Assembly (NCBI GenBank): GCA_973851085.1
Contig: OZ316776.1
Coordinates: forward strand, 8,308,001-8,372,000
Direction: 5' to 3'
Source: Ptychomitrium polyphyllum
Lineage: Eukaryota
DNA length: 64,000 nt
Shown: piece after piece, positions 40,001 to 51,575 of the stretch
Numbering within the stretch: position 1 is the stretch's first letter
How the letters are laid out: every line of letters starts with the position of its first letter
Program-made: the position numbers and the translations under genes
Notes under the pieces: generated by a model
Seen by the model: the letters and a program-made list of their open reading frames with translations, nothing else
Database searches by the model: none
What the model was told of the DNA's origin: nothing

Positions 40001-41533
40001 AAGTTCATGTTCTACGGCTTTTCTAGGTTAATCGCACTGATATAGATTGATGGATGCTTTGATTGATTCCACAGCTTAACCCGTTGGTTTGGACTTGAGC
40101 AGGGAAAGATAAGCGATGGTTCACAAGTGGCAGTGAAGAAGCTCTCTGATGACTCCAAGCAAGGGAAGCCCCAATTTTTAGCAGAGGTGATGATCATTAG
40201 CAAGGTGCAGCATAGGAACCTTGTGAAGTTGTGGGGCTGCTGCGTTGAGGGGCAGCACAGACTGCTCGTGTACGAATATCTAGAGAAAAGAAGTCTTCGT
40301 GAAACCATACTAGGTAATTTTTCACCGTTGCATCCACTGAAATCACAAAGATTGTTAGTTGGATTGAAAGCTAGAGATTCAGTTCAATGTTTCTTCAACT
40401 TCTTCATATACTAGACTCTAAAAACCAGAATATTACATTGCAGGGACTCCGGAGGAAATCCTTCATATAGACTGGCCAACTCGGTTTGACATTGCAGTAG
40501 GAACTGCTCGAGGTCTTGCATACTTGCACGACGAAATCGCTCCTCGTATTATTCACAGGGACATCAAAGCCAGCAACATCCTTCTCGATGCTCACCTCGA
40601 AGCCAAAATCTCTGACTTCGGACTCGCGAAGCTCTGCCCAGATGAACAAACCCATTTGACCACAGCCATTGCAGGCACTCTGTAAGCGCTTCTAACTGCA
40701 CTTGGTCATATTCTACTTTCAATTATCATAGAGACTGTAGTCAACTTGGAAGCAATTCTATTCTTTTAGTCTGTTGTTAGTCTTGTGTCATTTCAGGCAT
40801 GGCACTAAATGCAATAGTATGTCACTGAAATTGATTCACAGAGGTTACATGGCACCCGAAATCACACGAGGGCAGCTCACAGAGAAAGTGGACGTGTTCA
40901 GCTATGGCGTCCTCTTGATGGAAATTGTGACTGGGAGAATCACAATGAGCGTTACCAATTATGGAACTCCATTCTGCCTTATTGACGAGGTGAGTCCACA
41001 AATATGTCTGTTGTTAACAACTCGTATTTAAAGGTGTCATTACGTTTCACTAAGTTTCCTGGTCATCATCAATCAGTATGAAATATGAATTTCCATTGTG
41101 TGTGCAGATAAGGGATCTATACAGGGAGGCTCACAAGACAGGCGAGGAGGACTATCTACTCCTACTTGTGGACCGAAACCTTCACAACTTGTTCCTGAAA
41201 GAAGAAGTAATAAGGGTGCTGAAGATCGCACTACTATGCGCAAATGATAACCCAGCCTCTCGCCCTTCAATCACGCAAGTGGTGCACATGCTTTTAGGTA
41301 CTCAGACTATTCCGGAGCATGTGTTGAAATACCTGCTGCATCAGGATTTGCAGTCGTCCCCGACTTTATACGATTTGGAAGTGTCGGATGACAATAATTA
41401 TTCCGGTATCTTGCCTGCCAATGCTGGACGCGAGCTTTCTCATTCCTCCGGCACTCCTGCAGGCACCACGAATACAAGTGGACTAGACAGGAGTTTATCC
41501 CTTGCCAATGTTGCTAGTTCCGAGGGAAGATAG
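37030..41533 (+). pseudogene. dCache/VWA-ectodomain receptor-like kinase, copy 1 (13 exons), with an in-frame TAA at 38827-38829
   Basis: Signal peptide; [35 protein letters not shown]...FTDG, WSNPYID, GVAGIDV; TM helix; kinase [26 protein letters not shown]; pseudogene status depends on one base. Confidence 0.8.
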
Positions 41534-42242
41534 TGTTAATTTGCTCCACCTACTGTTTATGTACATTATATAATCTTAGGTTTCATTCTTCAGTACTAGT
41601 GTTGTTTTTTTCTCTAAAACCGAGTATAGTATTTGATCATTTGGGTTTGCTTAAAAAATGTTATCTGCTGCATTGCAAGAACAGGTGAAGCAGCCCCGGA
41701 GTACCGAGGAACAAGTGGACAAAGCAAGCGAACTAGTACTGCATCCTGGATGGATTTTAGTTTCTGTTGGGCTGTCAACACTCATTTACACTTTATGTAC
41801 AATGGCAGTGAGTTATTGGTTGAGTCAGTTCAAAAGGCTTGTCAACATGATCTGCCGTGAGTGTGACCGAATGTCGCTTGCAGAGCAGTCCAATGATTTC
41901 ATCACTTGAAGGTACAGCAGAATGAGGACGTCCAGACTGCATGTCAGCCCTGCATCTGAGCAGCTGCAGCAACAGTGTCACTCTGTGAGCTTTGATCTGC
42001 CGCCTCTCATTGTGTCAATGCTTGGTTGTCTCCAGCTCGTACCTGGCGTCTGTGCATATTAATTGGTTGTCATTGCCGCGTGCAGTGACCAGAGACACTC
42101 ATTCAGAGCTTCAATGTGCACAGAAGATCGAATTTCAGACAATCTTCCACATATAGATAAGCAGGCAAAGTGCCCAGACTCTGCAAAGAGCTGAATGAGT
42201 CCAGAAGAAACATGTTTTCACCTTCTCCTGGGAATGAGCAAA

Positions 42243-42314
42243 AGGTCCCGGCGAGATTTGAACTCGCGTTACTGGATTCAGAGTCCAATGTCCTAACCGC
42301 TAGACTACGGGACC
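42243..42314 (-). tRNA. tRNA-Gln (CTG)
   Basis: Reverse complement GGTCCCGTAGTCTAGCGGTTAGGACATTGGACTCTGAATCCAGTAACGCGAGTTCAAATCTCGCCGGGACC folds as a cloverleaf; T run follows. Confidence 0.96.
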
Positions 42315-43342
42315 AGATGCTTCAGAAGACTTATCAACGGTCCTAACAGCTCCACGTCCGAAGGGCTTCAGGATTCTGTATTATAATGCACGTGACGTAG
42401 ATGTAAACAATCTATTTTCCACTTCAAATTCTGGACATCGCTTTCATTCGTTGATTAACAAACTCCTTTTAAATGCATTATGAAACTTGATTAGAAGCAA
42501 AAGATAGCATGGAATAAAAGGCAATGGCAACAACATTATTGATAGGCTGTTTCTTTGCAAGCTCCACTCATGAAGCATTGCTATTGTAGCAAAAATGCTC
42601 CTTATTTTTTAGCAACTATTTTTTCTTCATCATTTCTTTTGCTTATTAATTTACCATGTAAAATTAAGGTTGCAACAATGATTCTTTGGGAGTATTAACA
42701 TGTTACACTAACTCGCGTCAAGTTAGACCCTTCCAAAATAACAAATAAGTTGCTTGGATTTAGCCACAGCATCATAAACATCAAACTTCTAAGAAAAAAC
42801 TAAAGTAAATACATGTACAAACTAGCTACATACTACTTCTGGGATGGACGAACACAGGTACATATGAGATGATTCTGGTTCGTAACACTGCTGCAGCATT
42901 TACCATGCTAATGTTGTCCATTGTTTTCAAGACAACTGCCTAATCATGTAATCGGTAACCCCAGAGTATCACCTAAATATAACTTGAAAAAAATGGACGT
43001 CGTGAACGCCCTGAGCTTCATGTGGAACATTAACTGTCGACTCTCTTTTCCTCATTCTCAAGACGCACTAATCTTTCTCCATCGTCCTTCTACTACCTAC
43101 CCGAGTAACATCCGGATACAAAACCAGTAACCCAAAGCATAGTCGCAGCATCGCACGAGTATCGCATAGATATCATTCAAAAAGGGGATGCAGGGTCGCG
43201 CACTTGTGGCAAAGATTGTTTGATTAGGTCGTGGCCTTAGATTGCGCAGAATGAGCAACGCAGAGCCCAGACACAATTGAAGAAGAAAGCGAGAGACCGA
43301 AAAAGCTCTGCAAAGACGCCGCTGAAGAGCACGGACAGACAC

Positions 43343-43370
43343 AGAGAGAGAGAAAGAGAGAGAGCGAGAG
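43343..43370. repeat. GA-rich microsatellite upstream of receptor kinase copy 2
   Basis: agagagagagaaagagagagagcgagag. Confidence 0.75.
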
Positions 43371-44039
43371 GATTGTTCTCGCAAGCACATCCGCTCGCTC
43401 CATCGCTGCTCCTGTCCCTCGGCGATGGACGTGGATATGAGAGCGCAGAGCTTGGCAGCGATAACAGCCTCATCATGTGACGAAAGCTGGAGCGCCGTCA
43501 CGGCGGCCAGCTAGATCGCTTCGCCGTTGCGTACGCTGTGATTCACTTTTCCAAGTTTATTCGCGCCGCCGCGGGGCTGCCTTTCTTTAGCAGATCCATT
43601 CCACGCTCACCTTTGTCGTTCATACAGAACCTACCGTGTCATTGTTGCGCTTTCCCTTGACAGGCAGTCTTGTAGCTGTAGCATACCTAGGAGTGCCGAG
43701 TTGTCGGGACGTCCATGATGAATGCGCGAAGTCGGTGGCAGTGGATGAATTGTTGATTAGTTGCAGGAAGTGCGGAGAGATGGTTGTATACTGTAGCTTG
43801 TGGAGAGGAGCGAGCGCTGATGATTTTGTTGCACGCGCTTGCGCGAGAGAGAGAGCGGAGGTGTTGTTTCGTGCGGTTTCTTGATGATTTACAGGAAGTG
43901 ACAGCGCGAGAAACAGGGGAGGAAGTAAGGATAGGTTTTTTGTTGATGAGTGCGTTAAGGCGCGTTATCAGTGCTGATCGTGCTTCGGAGGAGCGGGGAG
44001 AAAGAGTTTTAGTTTGTTGATTGCTTGTTGATGTTATTG

Positions 44040-47000
44040 ATGGAGAAGCAGAAGTGGAGTCTGGTGTTGCAGTTGTTTTTGCTGCTGATTTCATGCATAG
44101 GAGATGACGCGGTGGCGGTTGATTCGTCGCGGGGAGTGGAAGAGTATTTAGCGGACAAGGAGAATAAAGTGCGGCTTCTTGCCAGTGACGCCCTTCGTTT
44201 AGCTCTTGATAGAGAAGAATGCGGTACTGGCTATCTACTGGAAGAGTGTTTTTTTTTGGTCCTCTTCAGTCGTCTCTATGGCATTAGTCTGGCTTTTATG
44301 TTTTAAGGAGACTGGTGGATTGGACTTGATCTCCTAGCTGCGGGGAGGCGCTGTGGTTATTCAGCTTTCTAGTGCACCGGAAATATATTTTCGTATCTAC
44401 GTTGATCTCATCGGAGATGAAGCGATCGTTAGTTCTACTAGAGGTTGATTTCTGAATGCTTTTTGTGTGTTGCAAAATTTCAGGTCTATCGCACTGCGCG
44501 CTTCGCTGCGCCAGGCATGCGTGTTCCCCGACGGCCAATGACAATTTTACGTGCGTTGCGGCTCTAGGACCAGTTTCAGATTGTAACAGTTCTTGCGTGG
44601 GAATTAAATTAGACTTCGGAGGAAATGGATTTGTGAGGTACGGGAGCCTATAAAATTTTCATACCCTAGAATTAAGTTTCTGGTCACTAGGCTACCATCA
44701 CTTCCACATGATGAGAGTGGTTTCTAGAGGAAACTCTAGTTTCTGTTCATATCCTTTGAATATCTTTCATGAGAGCATTGCCCTTTGGCTGCAGACTCCC
44801 GCCGTTTTTCAGAAACTTTTCAAATTCGAATTTGAGTCCGGAGATTAAGCGATCCATCTGTGCGTATTCGAGTCTTCAATTTTCTGCAAGCGGTAGTAAT
44901 GATGATCGCTTGCTCCAGAATATTGCGCTCGGAACCGCAGAGGGTGTCTCTCGAGCTTATCCGGGCCGAGTAAGACTCTCCAGCTCTTTATTTGCAACGT
45001 TTTAAAGGAGTGCGTGAATGTTAACTTCAATGTGGACGTTTATTACTTAACCTGCGCTGGTTCTGTATTCGCAGGCTGCGAATCCGGACGGGGCCTGCAT
45101 AAATTTTGATCCCCGCAAACAACCGGGGTGAGTATTTGGAAGAAACTCCCGATTATATTTCTTTAAGTAACCATAACTGTAAGAATGTTGGTTGTATCTT
45201 CGTGACAGCTATTTTCTTGCGATGTAGGTACATTTTGTCAATATCTGTTGTGAAAGATCTCGTAGTGCTGCTCGATACTGGACAGCAAGATAATTCAACT
45301 TTCAAAGTTGCAAAGAACATTGTTACAGAGCTTTTCGACACTTTTACTACCAGCGATTTTGTAAATGTGGTTTCATTTGACTCCACGCGTGCAACTCTAT
45401 TGCAACCAACCTCGGTACTTTTCTCTCAGCTCAGCATGCTGCTACCAGTCGTTTTACTCAATCGATGCAGCGAACCTCTAAATATTTCAACTCTAAGCTA
45501 AATTTGTTAGTACAATGTGACAGGGCAGTGCTTCAGTTATGCTTACCTGACGCCTCCAATTTGCAGGTTCTTGCAAGAAGCAATGCAGACCTACATTTTT
45601 CATTTGGTATACCCTCCTTAATAAACAACCCAAATGGCTTTTCGAATCTCACTCAGGGGTTTCAGAGAGCGATGACCACCTTCAATTCAACAAGTAAACT
45701 TAAAGTACTTCTTCAAACCCCTTCATACATCTCTTCGTGCAGATATGCTGTATATAACTTAGATTGCTTGTTTACTGTGGTCCGTCCAATGGTGCTATAT
45801 TCATATTTATAAGACGATCAAATGGATTTTCAATTTACCGTAAGCAAATTAGGCATCTGCAGGTCATCTGCTTGTATTTCATTCGTTAGATGCTCATTTG
45901 AGTTTCTAGAGGTTGTGTTGAGATTGATTCTTTGCTCTAATCACTGGGTCTGTTTGGTTTGTTAGATCATTGTGGTGATTACCGACGGCTATTTCTCCAC
46001 AGCTGGAAATCTCTCCACTACAGCACTTCAACAAACAGTGTCGCTTCTGAACTCGGAGAGCGTCGTGGTTTTCTTTTTTAGCCTCGGTACCGGTGATGGA
46101 AACAACCCTGCTAGTCCACTTATAGAGCTAAGGAAATTCTCGTGTCGGCTGAACAGCTCTGTGATTTACGTTCGTACCGGGGATGCGATTCGAAATCCAC
46201 TTTGGGCTATTCGCCCTTACTTTGACTACCAGGCTACAATGCGATTTAAGGAAAACGTTACATTTTGGACGGATGTTTATGCGGACGGCAATGGTCAGGG
46301 CAATGTGTCTACCGTGAGTTATCCTGGTACGTGATTTGTGTCGTGGTCACCTAGATCATGGTTCTTCCCTACACTAAGCTATATATGAATTGCCAAAACC
46401 TCTGTACTTAGTGTCCGCTAACACTTTTGGAAGTAAATGTTGATGATCTTAACTGGGATTGAGTGCAGTTTTCAAGAACGGAACCTTGTATGGTGTAGCT
46501 TCTATTGATGTACCTGTCAACTACACGGATGGAAACATCATCAAGCTGAAATATGTGGATCCAAACGTTCCTGCGATCAGATTGACCTGTCAAATGCAAC
46601 AGGCAAGGTTATTTTTATACGACTCAACTGTGCATTACGACATGCCTTTTTGTTCTGGATTATCCATGCGAGAGTCTTGACTAGAATCTTCAATGAATCT
46701 TGACATGTTGTATTCTGAATTGGGGCATTGCAACTTCGAAGCTAAAAAGGCTACTTATTTGAATGAAAATCTGCAGTAGGCGTATTATTTCTGCGAGTTT
46801 TGCTCTAGTATTCCAGACATATCTTTGTATTGCTTTGTTATTTTCTTCTTTCCAATATAAATTTCAGAATGTATTGCTCACACAAGTCTATGCCCCATCT
46901 CCACCTCAGGTCAATCTCACCCAGTGCACCAAGCTTGTGGATCCAGACTTACGACCTCTTTGTGAACAGAGCATATATATTGGCGAGCCTCCTGCATCGT

Positions 47001-49106
47001 CGTTTAAAAAAACTCTTTGCTGCGATTCTTGTGCTTTTTTAAGCACAAAGACAAAGGCCTTTCTTGCCAAGAAGGCAAATCGCCTCCGTTTGGGTTTGGG
47101 AGCAGTTGGGTTATTTGTCCTCCTTCTCTGCGTAGTGGCAATTCTAGCATACAAGTGTGTTGCTGCTCGATCGCCGGTTCGAATATTGAAAGAAGGTAAA
47201 GCTTTGAACACCCTGCTTGGGTAGATCTTTCTACCAGCACCTGCTCTTTTCAGATGCCGTTTGACGTTTAGGGGATGTAAGTACGACTCCACCCTCATCA
47301 TTGCTAACCTCGAAATGTATACTTTGTGGACAGGTTTTGCAAAAGCATCCTTATCGACCTATTTGTACACGTACAAGGAACTTAAAGCTGCAACTCGCAA
47401 TTTTCGTGAAGACAATAAGCTCGGAGAGGGTGGGATTGGAGAAGTTTATTTGGTAAGTCTTAACAATATTATCAAACTTGTCGTCAGAGAACAACTTATA
47501 TTGAAGTAGAGCAAAAAGATGCAACTTGTTAGTGAAAGAGTGTGGATGATGATAATAGTCCACGAGTTTCTTCTACTCGAGTTTCTTATAAGTTAAAGAC
47601 ATGGTTGATTGGACAGGGGCGAAACAAAGATGGTTCTCAAGTGGCCGTGAAAAAGCTCACGAAAAGTTCGAAGCAAGGAAAGCGTGAGTTTCTTGCAGAT
47701 GTTGTTAATCTTAGTAAGGTGCAGCACAAGAATCTTGTCAAATTACGCGGATTCTGTGTAGAGAGAAAGCATAGGCTCCTCGTCTACGAGTACCTGGAGA
47801 AGAAGAGCCTTCGTCAAACACTTCTTGGTAATCTTCGATCTCTTAGTCTTGATATTGTGGAAAGTTGCAACAGCATGGGTAGAATTCGTTGTTATGAAAT
47901 AGGAGTGCTGAGACTAATTGCTTGTATGTTGGTGATATGCAGGTAGGGCAGACGACTCAGAACACGTTGATTGGTTAACACGTTTTAAAATTGCCATTGA
48001 TACTGCTCGAGGTTTGCAACATCTACACAATGAAATCCAGCCTCAAATTATACACGGAGACATTAAAGCTAGCAACGTTCTGCTAGATTCTAACCTCAAT
48101 GCCAAGATATCTGATTTTGGACTCGTCAAGCTGTGTCCTGGTGACAAGACTAATTTTACTACAAATCTCGCAGGCACTATGTAAGTACTCACTGTCGCAT
48201 GTAAATGGAACTGTGAGATAAATATGAGTTTGTCTTGTTTAATTCATAAGAATGTACATGTGTATTGTAGGAGCATCGAGGCTGTGAAAACTAGCTGCAA
48301 CATCGAAATGCATCATACTATAAAACAGTTCACATTCTTTTATATTAGTTCACTCAAGATTGTCTTAGCAAGTACACTTTACTTGTCTGGCTTTCTTGTG
48401 GTCTTGACTGTAGGGGCTACATGGCGCCAGAATTTATCATGTGTGGTCAGCTGACAGAAAAGGTTGACGTATTCAGCTATGGTGTCCTTTTGATGGAAAT
48501 TGTGACCGGCAAGATTACCACAAGTCGCAGTCGCTCTGGAACGATGTACTTCCTTCTAGATGAGGTTAGCATGCCAACTTAATTTTGTTATTTATAAAGT
48601 CACAAATGTTAAATTACCTTAATAATTACCTTTATTATTGCCTTCATGTAGGCAATGATCTGGATTAAGAAATTACTAGCGCAGAGTGCAACTTTATATT
48701 CTGATTAAGAGCTTGTCGTTCGCAGATAAGAGGCGCATATCTAAGATCATGTGAAGCAAACGACGAAGAACTCCTGTTTGGCCTTGTGGACGCAAGATTG
48801 GTTGGTAGATTCGGAAGAGAAGAAGTTGTGAGGGTATTGAAGGTAGCACTCCTGTGCACAACGGATAGCCCGACAATCCGGCCAACTATCTCTCAAGTGA
48901 TTCTTATGCTCTCAGGGAGTCAAGAAATTCCCGATCATCTCCTGCAAGACTTCGGAACGAGAGGTGACCATTCCCGACGCATGTCAATGCAATCATCTCC
49001 CGATTTATCGAACTTACAATGGTGGGAGGACGAAAGTTTAGATCCGCCTCTTCTTGTTGAACGTCCACCAAATCGAACAGGATCTGTATCAGTACCAACG
49101 AATTAA
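44040..49106 (+). CDS. dCache/VWA-ectodomain receptor-like kinase, copy 2 (14 exons), non-RD kinase
   Basis: Signal peptide [52 protein letters not shown]...[41 protein letters not shown]; kinase [26 protein letters not shown]; start could be 44031. Confidence 0.88.
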
Positions 49107-51575
49107 ATGGTATTTCTCAAAATGGAAAAACAGGAGACGAGCAGCTGCAGAGTCGACCAGCAAACTTGAAGAGATAAAAGTTCCACCTTGCAGATTATAG
49201 TGCATGTAATTGCAGTAGGTGTCTCTGGATGCAGAATTTATAACTCATTGTAGAATGATAATCTCCAGCAGGTGGAGATATTATTCCCTGGTGTGAAATA
49301 GTTAGAGTTTAGGATTGAGGATTATAGCGGACATTAATGGATAATAGACACGATGCTCGTCTTCAAATCTGTACTATAGAACAAAGGGCACTGAACTAGT
49401 GCATATTGTGATTTGTGAAAAATTGAAACGTTGAAACACTAATCAAACCAGTGCTTGTTATGCATGAATTTGGAGGTGTAATTCCTAATTTCCAAAACAC
49501 ATAGGTCACGATTATTCAGACAATGCAATGCTTATTGTTGGTCATATTGGTCATATTGTGTTAACACGTACACTTGTAATTCTAAATACTGAGGTTTAGG
49601 TTGTGATTTAAGCAAGTGGGTTTGTTTACCTTGAGTTGGTTGTTTAGATAGTGTGCATGTTTTAGTGTAGGTAATGCTTGAAGTTAAATGTTTCACTTTG
49701 AGTAGCAAAAAATTATAGGTGATTGTATACTAATTAAACTTTATGTATGAATAAGTTAGTTTAACAAATTTGTTTCAAAAATTATTTTCTTTGGTAATTG
49801 AGTCTTCACTTCAAAAAGTAAGAATCAATAATAAATGATAGTGAATGTATGAAGGTATGAACAATTTTTAATGAAATAAGGTTTTACTAATGAAATTGTA
49901 TTTACAAGTGATGGAATTTTTTTTGTGGGAATCAATGAAGAATATTATGTAGTATACAAAGGCTATACAAAGTTGATTTATGAAGATGGCTTTTACAATT
50001 GATATTATTAAGGTGCTATAAATTACTATGCACCAAAAATTCTATATTGATACATAATAATTAGTGATTATTTTTATTTAATTATCTTCTCTTTAGAAAA
50101 AAAAAAGATGTGTGGTAATAAGTAGGTGAAACATGATACACTAGAATGTCCTATATAGAATGTATTTATATTAGAGAAATCATCACATATATAAAAGCAC
50201 TTTGACAATATGCATATGGATAAAGGATTAAATATAAATAACTTACGAATATGAAGCAAATAACATTAATGTGAAGGTGGAGTAAAGATTTGATCCTTTT
50301 CAAAAATCCTCATTAAAGTAACGAATTATTGTCAATTTCTACAAAGTAATCTTATAATCTTGAAGAAAACTTGATAGTGCTTTCTATGAACTGTGTAGTT
50401 CTCATTCCCACTCTGTGTGCACTCTCCAGCATGTCAACCGCTTCTAGATGAGCATCGATAGTCTAGAACTCCTTAAATTGTCCTCGAGAATAGGTCTCCT
50501 GCTGCAGTGTGGCAAGAAATCTGCACAGTTGTATAGTACGTAACTGTGTCAGCAGTAGGGTGCCACTGATACTGACTGGCCCTGCCGTGGTGACTAATCA
50601 TACCTTTACCACAAAGTTAGAAGAGGTAAACTAAAAAAATTCACCGAGAGAACTTCAGGCAGCCATCCGATGACCGAGGATGCAAGGTGGAGGGTAGCAA
50701 ATCAAGTGGCAGAGTGGAGTGAGGCGGTGGCGCCACGTCTGGCGACACTTGGTGTTGGGTGCATGACACTGCAGCGGCGACGAAGATCCTTCGACTGCAA
50801 GCACGACAGCATCGCACCGGAATCCCATGCAATTGCCCAAGCTTGGTAACCTGGCACCAACTCTGCCCCTCTCTCCACCCTGGCGTTGCATGCTTACGTC
50901 GCGCGTCATTTGAGCCTTTGGAGTACCCTCGGTGGAATTAGTATGAATGCTTGATGTGCTTGCGTTAGTTGTAGCGTGCAAACCTCATCGCATTCACAAG
51001 AGAAGAGTAAATGGTTTCCTGAGCAAAGCATGACATGGGTCCCTTTTGGTGAAGCACAGAACTTGGACTGAGTGGGGATTGGATTGAGACTGAATTGGTT
51101 TGTCGATTGGTTTTTGGCTCACAACGCGTGATAAGGTAAGTGGAAGGGTCATGGGAAATGATTGATATGATGCTGTCATGTCTGTGCAGGGTTGTGAGTT
51201 CCGTTCTTATTCAGTGTGTGTTACCTGGTGGCTTGCTCTCTGAGGATGAACTGGAACGTGCTTTTGAATACAGTTTGTAGCTTTTATTTTAATATGTGGA
51301 AGGGGGAGCATTTTAGGTCAACATTGTGAAGATATGTCGAAATTTTATTTCGAGTTTTGATGCTTGCATGATCGCATCACACGGAATATCTGCACATCCT
51401 TAAGCAGTTTTGAGAGTGGAATGGGCCAGAGAATCCTCGACGAGGAGACATTCTGCGTTGGCAATTGACTGAACGCTTGCTTCGGGAAACGGCTGCAGGT
51501 GGGGGCATTAGATTATTGCACATCGATCTTTGTTTCAAGGCAAGCGACGGAGAGAGAAGTTTAGTGTTGGTGAAT

